A DNA stretch of 62,560 nt from an uncultured Draconibacterium sp. (lineage in GTDB: Bacteria; Bacteroidota; Bacteroidia; Bacteroidales; FEN-979): positions 17,006-79,565 of the forward strand of contig CAYLVY010000003.1 of the NCBI GenBank assembly GCA_964387205.1, read 5' to 3'. The number at the start of each line of letters is the position of its first letter. Position 1 is the stretch's first letter. Shown piece by piece: positions 38,088-47,887 of this stretch. The notes beneath the pieces were generated by a model. It did not search any database and was not told where the DNA came from. It saw only the letters and a list, made by a program, of their open reading frames with translations. The position numbers were made by a program, and so were the translations under genes.

Positions 38088-39417
38088 ACCGTTGTTATTA
38101 AGTATTTTGCTGTTGATATCCGGAATCACGGCCGCACAGACCCGGTTGTGGACTTTCCGCCAGTGCCTCGATACGGCCCTGGTCCGAAATATCACCATCA
38201 ACCAGACCCGGTACAGCAATGAACTCGACAAAGTCCAGCTTGCCCAAACCAAATCGGCACGCATCCCAAGTTTGAATGCCAGCGCGGGAGAGGCGCTGAA
38301 CCTTGGGAAAAATGTCGATCCCACCACCAACACGTTCGTGACTGAAGCCTATCACAGCACCAACATGGGCATCGCGAGCAGCCTCACCCTGTTCAACGGG
38401 TTACAGACCACCAATACGATCCGCCAGCAACGGTTGAATGTGGAAGCAGGGGAGTATGAGACCGGGAAGGTGAAGAATGATATAACCCTTAACATCACCA
38501 CAGGGTATCTCCAGGTATTATTTGCCAAAGAGATCCTGGCTTCGGCAAAAATTCAGGAAGAGGCTACTGCGGCACAGGAGGAGAGAACAGAAAAGTGGGT
38601 CAATGCTGGTAAGGTACCCGAAAACGACCTGCTGCAGATCAGGTCGCAACTTGCCTCCGACAGGCTGGCGGTCATCAATGCCGAAAATCAGCTTGACCTG
38701 TCAAAGGTAACCCTGATGCAACTGATGGAAATACCGGTGACAGCAGGATTTGATGTGGTAACGCCGGAACTTGAACTTTTAGTGGTTGAAGTGCCGCTGT
38801 CCAACGAACAGATATTTGAAAAATCGCTGACGGTCCAGCCACAGATCACGGGCGCCATGCTTCGTTCCAGTGCCTCAGATATGGCGCTGCGGGTTTCCGA
38901 AGGTGCCAGATGGCCCAGGGTTACTTTCGGGGCCAATCTCAATACCAATTTCGCCTCCGGCAGAAAAAAAAGCGCTGTCAATCCCGAAATGTATCCGTTT
39001 TTTGAACAAATATGGGATAATATCGGACAATCCTTCACCATGGGGCTGACTATTCCGGTTCACAGCAACCGTCAGATCAAAAGCAATATCGAGCGGGCAA
39101 AGATCAACCTGGCCACAACAAGGCTCAATGAAATGAACGTGCGGAACACATTGAGGAAAAATGTGGAACAAACCTGGGCCGATGTCAGGGCAGCCCAAAA
39201 AAAATACGATGCGGTCCGGCAGCAGGTTATCGCCATGGAAGCCTCATACCGCAATGCTGAAACGAAGTACGAGGTCGGTGTTATGCATGCCACCGATTTC
39301 CTGATCCAGAAAAACAATTATGAACAGGCAAAATCGAGCCTGATCCAGGCTAAATATGACTACATTTTCAAGCAGAAGATCCTCGGATTCTATCAGGGAA
39401 CTCCCATTGAATTCTGA
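38077..39417 (+). CDS. TolC-family outer-membrane efflux protein
   Basis: Signal peptide (MFRKPLLLSILLL), duplicated OEP repeat pattern and coiled coils. The start is refined to the ATG at 38077. The ORF track begins at 38014. Confidence 0.85.
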   Translation: MFRKPLLLSILLLISGITAAQTRLWTFRQCLDTALVRNITINQTRYSNELDKVQLAQTKSARIPSLNASAGEALNLGKNVDPTTNTFVTEAYHSTNMGIASSLTLFNGLQTTNTIRQQRLNVEAGEYETGKVKNDITLNITTGYLQVLFAKEILASAKIQEEATAAQEERTEKWVNAGKVPENDLLQIRSQLASDRLAVINAENQLDLSKVTLMQLMEIPVTAGFDVVTPELELLVVEVPLSNEQIFEKSLTVQPQITGAMLRSSASDMALRVSEGARWPRVTFGANLNTNFASGRKKSAVNPEMYPFFEQIWDNIGQSFTMGLTIPVHSNRQIKSNIERAKINLATTRLNEMNVRNTLRKNVEQTWADVRAAQKKYDAVRQQVIAMEASYRNAETKYEVGVMHATDFLIQKNNYEQAKSSLIQAKYDYIFKQKILGFYQGTPIEF

Positions 39418-39448
39418 CCGGGATAAATTGAAAAACAACAACTTACAG

Positions 39449-40753
39449 ATGAAAAAAAGAACTTGGATTATCATTGCGGTGACTGTTCTTGCAGTGGTGG
39501 CAGCCGGTGTCTGGTTTCTGGCCGGCGGTAAAAAGAAGGAAAACATTGAATGGCGTACGGCAAAAATCGAAAAAGGAGACCTTCAGGTAACCGTCAGGGC
39601 CAGTGGAACGCTGCAGGCCGTCACCACCGTGCAGGTGGGCACCCAGGTCTCAGGTATCATTGAGAATATTTTTGTCGACTTCAATTCAGAAGTCAGGGCA
39701 GGACAGGTGATCGCCCTGCTCGACACCACTTTGCTGGCCCAGGCGGTGGAAGATGCCCGTGCATCTTTGCGGCGCACCGAGATACAGCTGAACCAGGCGC
39801 GCCGGGAATATGAACGCACCAAAGTCCTGTTTGAACAAAAAGTCATGGCCCAATCCGATTACGACCTCGCGCTGACCAGTTACGAAACCGCCGAAACCAA
39901 TATGATCTCGGCACGTTCAACCCTGAACCGCGCCATGATCAATCTGAAATACGCCACCATCAGGGCTCCGATCTCCGGAGTGGTCGTTTCCCGTGCCGTG
40001 GATGTAGGCCAGACAGTAGCCGCGAGTTTCAGCACCCCCACCATGTTCACCATTGCCAACGACCTGACCAAAATGCAGGTAGAAGCCAACATCGACGAGG
40101 GAGATATCGGCAAGATCAGGATGGACCAGGAGGTCACCTTCACCGTGGACGCATATACAGAAACTACCTTCACCGGGACTGTCAGGCAAATCAGGCTCCT
40201 GCCGGTCGTAACCCAGAATGTCGTCAATTATACCGTTATCATCGATGTCCCTAATCCCGATCTGAAACTTTTACCGGGTATGACCGCCAATATTACCGTG
40301 ATGGTGGATGAGGTGAAAGATATTCTGAAAGTACCTGCCACTGCACTTCGGTTCTCTCCTCCGCAAGAGTATATTGATGCCTATGAGGCAGGATTGCCCG
40401 ATTCGGTTAAGAAAATGCGGGAGATGAGGTCTGGGGGAGGCCGGTCCGGGGTCACAGGAGCAGAGGGTTCTATGGGCGCTCCGGGTGGCATGTCCGGACA
40501 GGGAGGTATGAGAAGTTCGGGGATGAAACGTACCTTTGGTACCATATGGGTGAAAAATGGCGATTCCCTGATCCCCCACCGGGTCAGGACCGGTGCTACC
40601 GATGGCCTCAACACGGAGGTGAAAGGCAGAAAAATTCAGGAAGGCGATGAAGTGGTTCTGGGAATGACGACAGTTCAGGATGGTAAAACGGGCCAGCAGC
40701 AAACCAATCCGTTTGCCCCCCCGTCATCGAGAGGCTCAAGGGGAGGAAGGTAG
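39449..40753 (+). CDS. Efflux periplasmic adaptor (HlyD/MacA-like) with a Gly/Met-rich insertion
   Basis: N-terminal TM, then GTLQAVTTVQVGTQVSGII...AGQVIALLD (lipoyl/biotinyl-like hairpin) and IRAPISGVV. The start is refined to the ATG at 39449. Confidence 0.85.
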   Translation: MKKRTWIIIAVTVLAVVAAGVWFLAGGKKKENIEWRTAKIEKGDLQVTVRASGTLQAVTTVQVGTQVSGIIENIFVDFNSEVRAGQVIALLDTTLLAQAVEDARASLRRTEIQLNQARREYERTKVLFEQKVMAQSDYDLALTSYETAETNMISARSTLNRAMINLKYATIRAPISGVVVSRAVDVGQTVAASFSTPTMFTIANDLTKMQVEANIDEGDIGKIRMDQEVTFTVDAYTETTFTGTVRQIRLLPVVTQNVVNYTVIIDVPNPDLKLLPGMTANITVMVDEVKDILKVPATALRFSPPQEYIDAYEAGLPDSVKKMREMRSGGGRSGVTGAEGSMGAPGGMSGQGGMRSSGMKRTFGTIWVKNGDSLIPHRVRTGATDGLNTEVKGRKIQEGDEVVLGMTTVQDGKTGQQQTNPFAPPSSRGSRGGR

Positions 40754-40754
40754 G

Positions 40755-41510
40755 ATGGAAAATGTTGTTATTTCGGTTAAATCCCTGGTGAAAACCTACC
40801 ATATGGGTGATGTGGAGGTCCATGCCCTCCGGGGTGTCAGCCTCGATATCGGCAAAGATGATTTCGTGGCGATCATGGGAAAAAGCGGTTCAGGGAAATC
40901 GACCTTCATGAATATATTGGGCTGCCTTGATGTTCCGACGAAGGGAACATACCATCTCGATGGCGTGGATGTTTCAGCCCTGGGAAAGGATCAACTTGCC
41001 CTTCTTCGAAACCATAAGATCGGGTTTGTTTTTCAGTCGTTTAATTTATTGTCCCGTACCTCCGCCCTGGAAAATGTGGAACTTCCGCTGATGTATAATA
41101 AAAAGATCAGTACGCGGGAGATGAAAGAGCGCGCCATGAGTGCCCTGGAAGCGGTAGGACTCGCCGGCCGGGCGCACCATTTTCCCAACCAATTGTCGGG
41201 AGGTGAGCAGCAACGTGTCGCCATCGCCCGTTCCCTGGTCAACCAGCCCGTCGTGATCCTCGCCGATGAACCCACCGGAAACCTGGATTCCCGGACTTCG
41301 CTGGAGGTGATGGGAATTTTTCAACGATTGAACAACCAAGGCATTACGGTGGTCATTGTCACACATGAACCCGACATCGCCGCCTTTACCAAACGCAACG
41401 TAACCTTTCGCGACGGGAAGATCATCCGGCTTTTCGATGTAAAACAACCCCGTAAAGCCATGGAAGAACTGTCTTTGCTGCCTGTAACCGCTGAGGAGGA
41501 AGAAGAATGA
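40755..41510 (+). CDS. ABC transporter ATP-binding protein (MacB/LolD type)
   Basis: Walker [10 protein letters not shown], signature [15 protein letters not shown] and Walker [12 protein letters not shown]. The start is refined to the ATG at 40755. Confidence 0.9.
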   Translation: MENVVISVKSLVKTYHMGDVEVHALRGVSLDIGKDDFVAIMGKSGSGKSTFMNILGCLDVPTKGTYHLDGVDVSALGKDQLALLRNHKIGFVFQSFNLLSRTSALENVELPLMYNKKISTREMKERAMSALEAVGLAGRAHHFPNQLSGGEQQRVAIARSLVNQPVVILADEPTGNLDSRTSLEVMGIFQRLNNQGITVVIVTHEPDIAAFTKRNVTFRDGKIIRLFDVKQPRKAMEELSLLPVTAEEEEE

Positions 41511-42727
41511 AGATAAAAAACCTGCTCATCGCCGCGCTGAGATCGCTGGCCAAAAATAAGATGAGGACCTTTCTGACCATGCTGGGAATTATTATCGGTG
41601 TCGCCTCCGTCATCGCCATGCTCGCCATCGGCCAGGGATCGCGGCAAAGCATCCAGGCGCAGATATCGACCCTTGGGACCAATGTGCTGATGATCTGGCC
41701 GCAGGCAAGCAGTTCCGGAGGTGTGAGGATGGAAGCCGGTTCATCCCAGCGTATGAGCATTGAGGATGTAAACATCATCCGTGAACGGTGCCCTTCGGTG
41801 GCGATGATCACCCCTCAGGCAAGGACCAGCGGACAGCTTGTGAACGGGAATACCAACTGGCGCACTTCAGTGTATGGGGTTTATCCCGATTATTTCGAGA
41901 TCCGCAACCTCAAACTGATCAGCGGCAACATATTTACCATGCTCGACGACCGAAGCGCCACCAAGGTATGCGTGATCGGGCTGACCGTCGTGGAAAACCT
42001 CTTTGGTCAAAATGCAGATCCGGTGGGCGCTTTCATCCGCATCAATAAAATTCCTTTCAAAGTAATCGGTATTCTGGAAAAAAAAGGACAAAATGCCTAT
42101 GGTCAGGATCAGGATGATATTGTGATCGCTCCGTTTTCCACGGTACAAAAGCGGATGATGGCCATTACCCATGTGCAGAGCATGCTGGCCTCCGCAGCTT
42201 CCGAAGCCCTGATTCCGACTGCCACTTCCGAGATCACCGATGTGCTCAAGGCCAAAAGGAACCTGGGGCCCTCCGAGGATCCAGATTTCACCATACGGAC
42301 CCAGACCGACATTGCCAATACCGCCACGGCCACCTCAAAGATCATGACGGTACTGCTGGCCACCATCGCCAGTATCTCCCTGCTGGTGGGAGGGATCGGC
42401 ATCATGAACATCATGCTGGTCTCGGTAACCGAACGTACCCGCGAAATAGGGATCCGGATGAGTGTAGGGGCCAGGGGACGCGATGTCCTGCTCCAGTTTC
42501 TGATCGAAGCACTGTTGATCAGCTTTATAGGTGGTATGATCGGCGTACTTCTCGGAGTAGTGGTTTCCAATATCATTACCAGCGTACTTACCTGGCCGGT
42601 ATCCATTACCCTCCCTTCTATCCTGATGTCGTTCCTGTTCTCCTCGGTAATCGGGGTTTTCTTCGGATGGTACCCTGCAAGAAAGGCTGCCAGGCTGAAC
42701 CCGATCGAAGCGTTACGCTACGAATAA
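41507..42727 (+). CDS. ABC transporter permease (MacB_PCD + FtsX domains)
   Basis: 406 aa. One TM, a periplasmic domain of about 220 aa, then three TMs. FtsX motif GIGIMNIMLVSVTERTREIGIRMSVGA. ATGA overlap with the ATPase gene. Confidence 0.9.
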   Translation: MKIKNLLIAALRSLAKNKMRTFLTMLGIIIGVASVIAMLAIGQGSRQSIQAQISTLGTNVLMIWPQASSSGGVRMEAGSSQRMSIEDVNIIRERCPSVAMITPQARTSGQLVNGNTNWRTSVYGVYPDYFEIRNLKLISGNIFTMLDDRSATKVCVIGLTVVENLFGQNADPVGAFIRINKIPFKVIGILEKKGQNAYGQDQDDIVIAPFSTVQKRMMAITHVQSMLASAASEALIPTATSEITDVLKAKRNLGPSEDPDFTIRTQTDIANTATATSKIMTVLLATIASISLLVGGIGIMNIMLVSVTERTREIGIRMSVGARGRDVLLQFLIEALLISFIGGMIGVLLGVVVSNIITSVLTWPVSITLPSILMSFLFSSVIGVFFGWYPARKAARLNPIEALRYE

Positions 42728-42849
42728 GGTTATCGGGAATAGTAAATCAATGTATGACTGAAAGATAGCAACTTGTCCACCGTTGCTGTTGAAAACTATT
42801 GCAAAACCGTTGACGGGCTGATTTTTAAAAGTGTTAATTTGCGCCCGCT

Positions 42850-44832
42850 GTGGACTTTCTCTGGTTGCTCGCACCGGTAATTCTGACCTTGTTCATCCTG
42901 CTTTTATCCGACAGGTGGAGGTATTATTATACCCTGGGATTTCACCTGACCTTTGCCGCATATTCCACCTGGCTTGCCGTTCCGGTACTGACAGGTATGA
43001 TAACGGCCGCCCATCTGGTTTTCACGGGAAGTCCTGAAGGGACGCCGATATTCACACTGGACCCTCTGAGCGCTTTTTTTATCCTGCTGACCAATTTCAC
43101 CATTCTCACCGGGCTTCTTTTTGCTCGGGGGTACCTGGCCCCTTACCGCAGCCGGAAAGGCGAAACCCCCATGGCGCTCCATCTGTTCGCCTATACCTGG
43201 CTCTATCTGTCGATGCTCGCTGTGCTGACCCTCCGGGAAGGCAGTGCCTTTCTGATCGCCTGGGAGTTGATGGGGCTCTCCTCTTTCCTGCTTATCTTAT
43301 TTGAAGGAGAGGTGCGAACCACCCTGAAAACGGCCGTCAACTACCTGATCCAGATGCATATCGGCTTGGTTCTTATCCTTGTGGGATTTCTTATGGCAGA
43401 AAATACCACAGGACTTTTCGGGTTTGACGGCATTGCCCTTTACTTCACCACCAATCCCAACCTGCCCCTGTTTTTGATCCTCTTTGCCGGATTTGCTTTC
43501 AAAGCCGGTTTTATTCCTTTTCATACGTGGCTCCCCCTGGCACACCCGGCAGCCCCTTCCCACGTATCCGGGGTGATGTCGGGTGTGATGATCAAAATGG
43601 GGATCTTCGGGATCTACCGCCTGCTGATATCCCTTGAATCGCAGCAAACAGTCATCGGCATCATCCTCCTCACCATCGCTGCCGTCACCGGTCTTTACGG
43701 CATTTTACAAGCTTCTGCGCAACAGGACCTGAAAAAGATGCTGGCCTGTTCCACCATCGAAAATGTCGGTATTATCGGGATGGGCATGGGGGTCGGGACC
43801 ATCGGTCTCGGTACCGGCAATCTCCCCGTGACCATCCTTGGTTTCGGCGGCAGCCTGCTGCATACCCTTAACCACTCGTTTTTCAAATCCCTGTTATTCT
43901 ACGGTGCCGGTGCCGTTTATCATGCCACCCACACCCGCAACATGGACCTGATGGGAGGGCTGATCAAACATATGCCCCGGACCGCCACCCTGTTTCTGAC
44001 AGGATCTGCCGCCATTTGCGCCCTGCCGCCCCTCAACGGCTTTGTCTCCGAAGTGCTCATCTATTATGGCCTTTTCGCCGGCCTTCAATCCGGATCTTTT
44101 TATATCACGCTTCTGATGATGCTGGGCATCATCGCCCTCGCACTGATCGGCGGACTATCCATTTTCAGCTTTACCCGCACCTTCGGGACCGTTTTTCTGG
44201 GGTCGCCGCGAAGTGTTTATTCAGACGGGACCGTGCGTGACTACCCCGGGATGGTACTCCCCATGTCCCTCATCCTGATCCCCATATTGTTGATCGGTCT
44301 GGCCCCCGTTTGGTTCATTCCCTGGATCATGCCATATACCGGCAACCTGCTGGGCATTGATGCCGCATCGGTTGCAGTTCCCCTGGGGGAAGCCCTCACC
44401 CGCATCAGCCTGATCGGGGGAGTACTTGTATTAATGATCATCGCCATTCTGCTGCTCAGAAAAAGGGCAGGAATACAAAGAAAAACAGAAGAAGGCCCCG
44501 TTTGGGGATGCGGATACACCGCTCCGGGCCCACGACAACAGTACACCGCATCCTCCTTTGCGGCAAATATAACCGAACTCGCGCACCCCATCCTGCGCCC
44601 TTCCGATGAATTCACACCCGTGCAGGAAGAGGAGATTTTCCCCACCCCGCGCGCCTTCAAAAGAAAAACCCGGGATATTATCGACTCCCTGCTTACTGCC
44701 ATGGCCGTTTTTGGCAATAAGGCCTTGCGCAACGCAGCCCGGCTCCAGACCGGAAATATCCAGCACTATATACTCTATGCCTTCATTTTCATGCTCTTTC
44801 TTTTCACCCTTTTAGCATTGAACCTGATATGA
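42850..44832 (+). CDS. HyfB/NuoL/MrpA-like antiporter-type membrane subunit
   Basis: 660 aa. WELMGLSSFLLI, FKAGFIPFHTWLPLAHPAAPSHVSGVMSGVMIKMG and DLKKMLACSTIENVG. GTG start. Confidence 0.85.
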   Translation: MDFLWLLAPVILTLFILLLSDRWRYYYTLGFHLTFAAYSTWLAVPVLTGMITAAHLVFTGSPEGTPIFTLDPLSAFFILLTNFTILTGLLFARGYLAPYRSRKGETPMALHLFAYTWLYLSMLAVLTLREGSAFLIAWELMGLSSFLLILFEGEVRTTLKTAVNYLIQMHIGLVLILVGFLMAENTTGLFGFDGIALYFTTNPNLPLFLILFAGFAFKAGFIPFHTWLPLAHPAAPSHVSGVMSGVMIKMGIFGIYRLLISLESQQTVIGIILLTIAAVTGLYGILQASAQQDLKKMLACSTIENVGIIGMGMGVGTIGLGTGNLPVTILGFGGSLLHTLNHSFFKSLLFYGAGAVYHATHTRNMDLMGGLIKHMPRTATLFLTGSAAICALPPLNGFVSEVLIYYGLFAGLQSGSFYITLLMMLGIIALALIGGLSIFSFTRTFGTVFLGSPRSVYSDGTVRDYPGMVLPMSLILIPILLIGLAPVWFIPWIMPYTGNLLGIDAASVAVPLGEALTRISLIGGVLVLMIIAILLLRKRAGIQRKTEEGPVWGCGYTAPGPRQQYTASSFAANITELAHPILRPSDEFTPVQEEEIFPTPRAFKRKTRDIIDSLLTAMAVFGNKALRNAARLQTGNIQHYILYAFIFMLFLFTLLALNLI

Positions 44833-45818
44833 CCGGAACCTTGCTCGCCCTGATTACCGCTGTTTTTTTCCCGGGAGTGATCCTGCGGGTGAAAAGCCTG
44901 GCCAGCGGCAGGAAAGGCCCGGGAATTTTACAACCATGGAAAAATATCCTGCTGCTGCTGAGAAAAGGAAGTGTGATCAGTCCCGTCACCAGTTATGTTT
45001 TTCGCCTTGCCCCCGTCATCTGGCTATCCACCGTAGCTACGGCGCTGCTGCTGCTGCCCTTCCCGGGGATCTCATCCCCTTTTGGCTTTGAGGGCGATTT
45101 CGTCCTGATGGCTTACCTGCTCGCCCTTGGAAAATTTCTGTTTATTCTCGGCGCCCTCGATACAGGCAGTAGTTTTGAAGGCATGGGGGCAAATCGGGAA
45201 GCACTGTATTCGATGCTGGCCGAACCCGCCTTCTTCATCCTGTTCGGCACAATGGCCCTGCTGACAGGCCATACCTCCATGCAGTCGATCTTCGAATCAT
45301 TCCGTTTCGCCGGCCATAGTTCTTATATCATAGGATTCATCGCCGTTTACCTGCTGATGCAGATCGCCATGGTCGAGAACAGCCGTATGCCTGTCGATGA
45401 CCCCAAAACACACCTTGAACTGACCATGGTACACGAAGTCATGATCCTCGACCACAGTGGGTTCGACCTGGCGCTGATCCATATCGGTACGCACCTGAAA
45501 TTCGCGCTCTACGGGATGCTGATCGCCAACTTCCTGATCCCGGCCGAAGGGGTGACCATCATCCGCAACGCCGGGATGAACATCACCGGCGCCACCAGCG
45601 GTATTGTAAACCCGGGAACTACCGGCTGGATCATACTCTCTCAGATCCTGGCTTTCCTGACCATTCAGGTGATCTTCGCCTCCATGATCGGCTTTGCCGA
45701 ATCGTTCCGCGCCCGGAAAAAGATGTCCCGCAACCCGCAGTTTATCGTCACACTTGCCTCTGTTGCCCTGGTTGCTTTCGTTCTGGTTGTATTGATGACC
45801 TTTAACATGATCGGATAA
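44829..45818 (+). CDS. NuoH/HycD/HyfC-like membrane subunit
   Basis: About 8 TM helices. The loop RMPVDDPKTHLELTMVHEVMILDHSG corresponds to the RxPFDxxExExEL...EYSG loop of NuoH/HycD. ATGA overlap with the upstream gene. Confidence 0.8.
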   Translation: MTGTLLALITAVFFPGVILRVKSLASGRKGPGILQPWKNILLLLRKGSVISPVTSYVFRLAPVIWLSTVATALLLLPFPGISSPFGFEGDFVLMAYLLALGKFLFILGALDTGSSFEGMGANREALYSMLAEPAFFILFGTMALLTGHTSMQSIFESFRFAGHSSYIIGFIAVYLLMQIAMVENSRMPVDDPKTHLELTMVHEVMILDHSGFDLALIHIGTHLKFALYGMLIANFLIPAEGVTIIRNAGMNITGATSGIVNPGTTGWIILSQILAFLTIQVIFASMIGFAESFRARKKMSRNPQFIVTLASVALVAFVLVVLMTFNMIG

Positions 45819-45819
45819 T

Positions 45820-46437
45820 ATGGAAGTGCTGCTGATCATCACATTCGCCGTAACACTGATCTACCTCAGCATGACCGAGCGCTTCCCTATCTATGCCGGA
45901 TTGATCGGGTTTCAGGGAGTCCTCCTTTTTGCACTTTCATTTCTCGAACTGGATACCATTACCCCCGGAACTTTATTGTTTGTTGCATCTGAGACACTGG
46001 TTTTCAAGGTTTTAATCGTACCGTGGCTGCTGTTCCGGATCATCCGGAAAACCGGAGAAACCCGTGTCCATGAAAAAGCGCTGCCGGGATTTTATTCGCT
46101 GCTCTTTATATCCCTTGGGCTGCTGCTGAGCATCGTCATCAGTTATTCGATGAAAAGTTCCCCATCAAACATGATCTATTTCATCGTAGCCCTGTTTGCC
46201 GTCTTTACAGGTATGTTCATGATCATTTCACACCGTAAGATATTCTCCCACCTCGTCGGATTCCTCGTGATCGAAAATGCGGTACTCCTCCTGTCGATGG
46301 CCATCGGAAGCGAAATGCCCATGCTGATCAACGTAGGAATTTTGCTCGATATCTTTGTCAGTGTGCTGATCCTGGGAATATTCGTAATGAGACTGAAACA
46401 ACATGCCAGCGACCTGACCCTGCTGAAGGATGACTGA
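45820..46437 (+). CDS. HyfE-like small membrane subunit (NuoK-related)
   Basis: 205 aa with 6-7 hydrophobic helices. Its position matches hyfE in hyf-type operons. The start lies 1 nt after the preceding stop. Confidence 0.6.
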   Translation: MEVLLIITFAVTLIYLSMTERFPIYAGLIGFQGVLLFALSFLELDTITPGTLLFVASETLVFKVLIVPWLLFRIIRKTGETRVHEKALPGFYSLLFISLGLLLSIVISYSMKSSPSNMIYFIVALFAVFTGMFMIISHRKIFSHLVGFLVIENAVLLLSMAIGSEMPMLINVGILLDIFVSVLILGIFVMRLKQHASDLTLLKDD

Positions 46438-47887
46438 AGACCTGAAGACCATGAGCAACGATTTGATTCTGATCGGATTTTTCATTGTATCGGTGACATC
46501 CGCCGCCCTGGCGGGATTGATCCGATCCAAACCATGGGTCCGTGCGATTACCATTCTTTTCACCCTTTGCCATATCGCCTTTACACTTTTCGGATGGTAT
46601 CACCTGGAGGAGACATTCCTCTCCTATTTCACTTTCGACCCGCTGGGAATGTTGCTGTTGTCCATTCTTTCCATACTGACGGTCACCACCGTCTATCATG
46701 GCTTTCTTTATGTCAGGGATGATACTCCTGCCAACTATTCGGTGTATCACGCTGCGCTGATCGCCCTCGTAACAGCCATGTCGGGGGCCTATCTTGCCAA
46801 TGGGATGACTACCGTGTGGATATTTGTGGAAGCAACCACCCTGGCCGTCGCCGCCCTGATCTATCACGACCGTACATCCTATGCCCTCGAAGCAACCTGG
46901 AAATATATCTTTGTCTGCTCGGTTGGCATCGCCCTGGCCTATCTGGGTATTCTCTTCCTGGGATTTACCGTGCAGGATTCCAGGCTATTGCACCTCTCGT
47001 TTACCAGCATCAGCGAAATAGCCCGGCTGGCCAACCCGCTCTACCTTAAAATCGCCTTTATATTCGTGCTCACCGGTTATAGTACCAAAATGGGACTTTT
47101 TCCCATGCATACCGTTACAGTAGATGCCCATACCGTATCGCCTCCGCCCATCAGTGCTTTTATTTCCACTACCCTGATGAATGTCGGCTTCCTGGCCATT
47201 TTCCGTATCTATTCCCTGTTCTCGGCCACCTCCGCCCTCCCTTTCATGAACAACGTATTGCTGATCTCCGGCTCCCTCTCCCTGCTGGTTGCCACAGGCT
47301 ACATGCTTAAAGCCAGACACAATAAACGGATGCTTGCTTACTCCAGCCTGGAAAATATGGGTATAGTGGCCATCGCCCTCGGGGTGGGAGGAATCGGATA
47401 TTATGCCGCCATCCTCCACATTATCCTGCACTCATTTACCAAAGCGGGCCTCTTTTACCAGATCGGACAATCCTACAAAGTGATGGGGTCCTACCAACTT
47501 GAAAAATCGGGACATTACATGGCACTCTATCCGGCCGGCGCCATCGCAATGCTGTTCGGTTTTGTCTGCATCACGGCAATTCCCCCTTCCGGAATGTTCA
47601 TCTCCGAACTGCTTCTCTTCAAAGCCCTGGCCGGCGCAGGGAAATGGTGGCTCCTGGCCTTTATATTGCTGCTGCTGACCTTTGTGATCTATGCCCTCAT
47701 CACCCGTGCATTGCATATCCTCTTTTCCGCTCCGCGTGAAAAACCACTCCACGAACCACAGAGTGTCAACCCGTGGCAAACGGTTACCCAATACCTTCTT
47801 TTCGGAATGGTGGCCGCCATCTGCTTCTTTCAGCCTCCTGCGCTTCACCGCCTCATCGAATCAGTCATCCAAACCCTGGTACCATGA
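46430..47887 (+). CDS. HyfF/NuoN/MrpD-like antiporter-type membrane subunit
   Basis: 485 aa. KMGLFPMHTVTVDAHTVSPPPISAFISTTLMNVGFLAIFR and MLAYSSLENMG are proton-pumping-subunit motifs. 8-nt overlap with the upstream gene. Confidence 0.85.
   Translation: MTEDLKTMSNDLILIGFFIVSVTSAALAGLIRSKPWVRAITILFTLCHIAFTLFGWYHLEETFLSYFTFDPLGMLLLSILSILTVTTVYHGFLYVRDDTPANYSVYHAALIALVTAMSGAYLANGMTTVWIFVEATTLAVAALIYHDRTSYALEATWKYIFVCSVGIALAYLGILFLGFTVQDSRLLHLSFTSISEIARLANPLYLKIAFIFVLTGYSTKMGLFPMHTVTVDAHTVSPPPISAFISTTLMNVGFLAIFRIYSLFSATSALPFMNNVLLISGSLSLLVATGYMLKARHNKRMLAYSSLENMGIVAIALGVGGIGYYAAILHIILHSFTKAGLFYQIGQSYKVMGSYQLEKSGHYMALYPAGAIAMLFGFVCITAIPPSGMFISELLLFKALAGAGKWWLLAFILLLLTFVIYALITRALHILFSAPREKPLHEPQSVNPWQTVTQYLLFGMVAAICFFQPPALHRLIESVIQTLVP

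Noticed and set aside
42728-42849. Promoter box or terminator between the efflux permease gene and the Ehr-like operon (GTTAATTTG at about 42831; GCAAC…GTTGC stem at about 42769-42793).
   Set aside because: The box misses the TAnnTTTG spacing by one base. The stem is only 5 bp and has no U-tract. Both are too weak to report as features.
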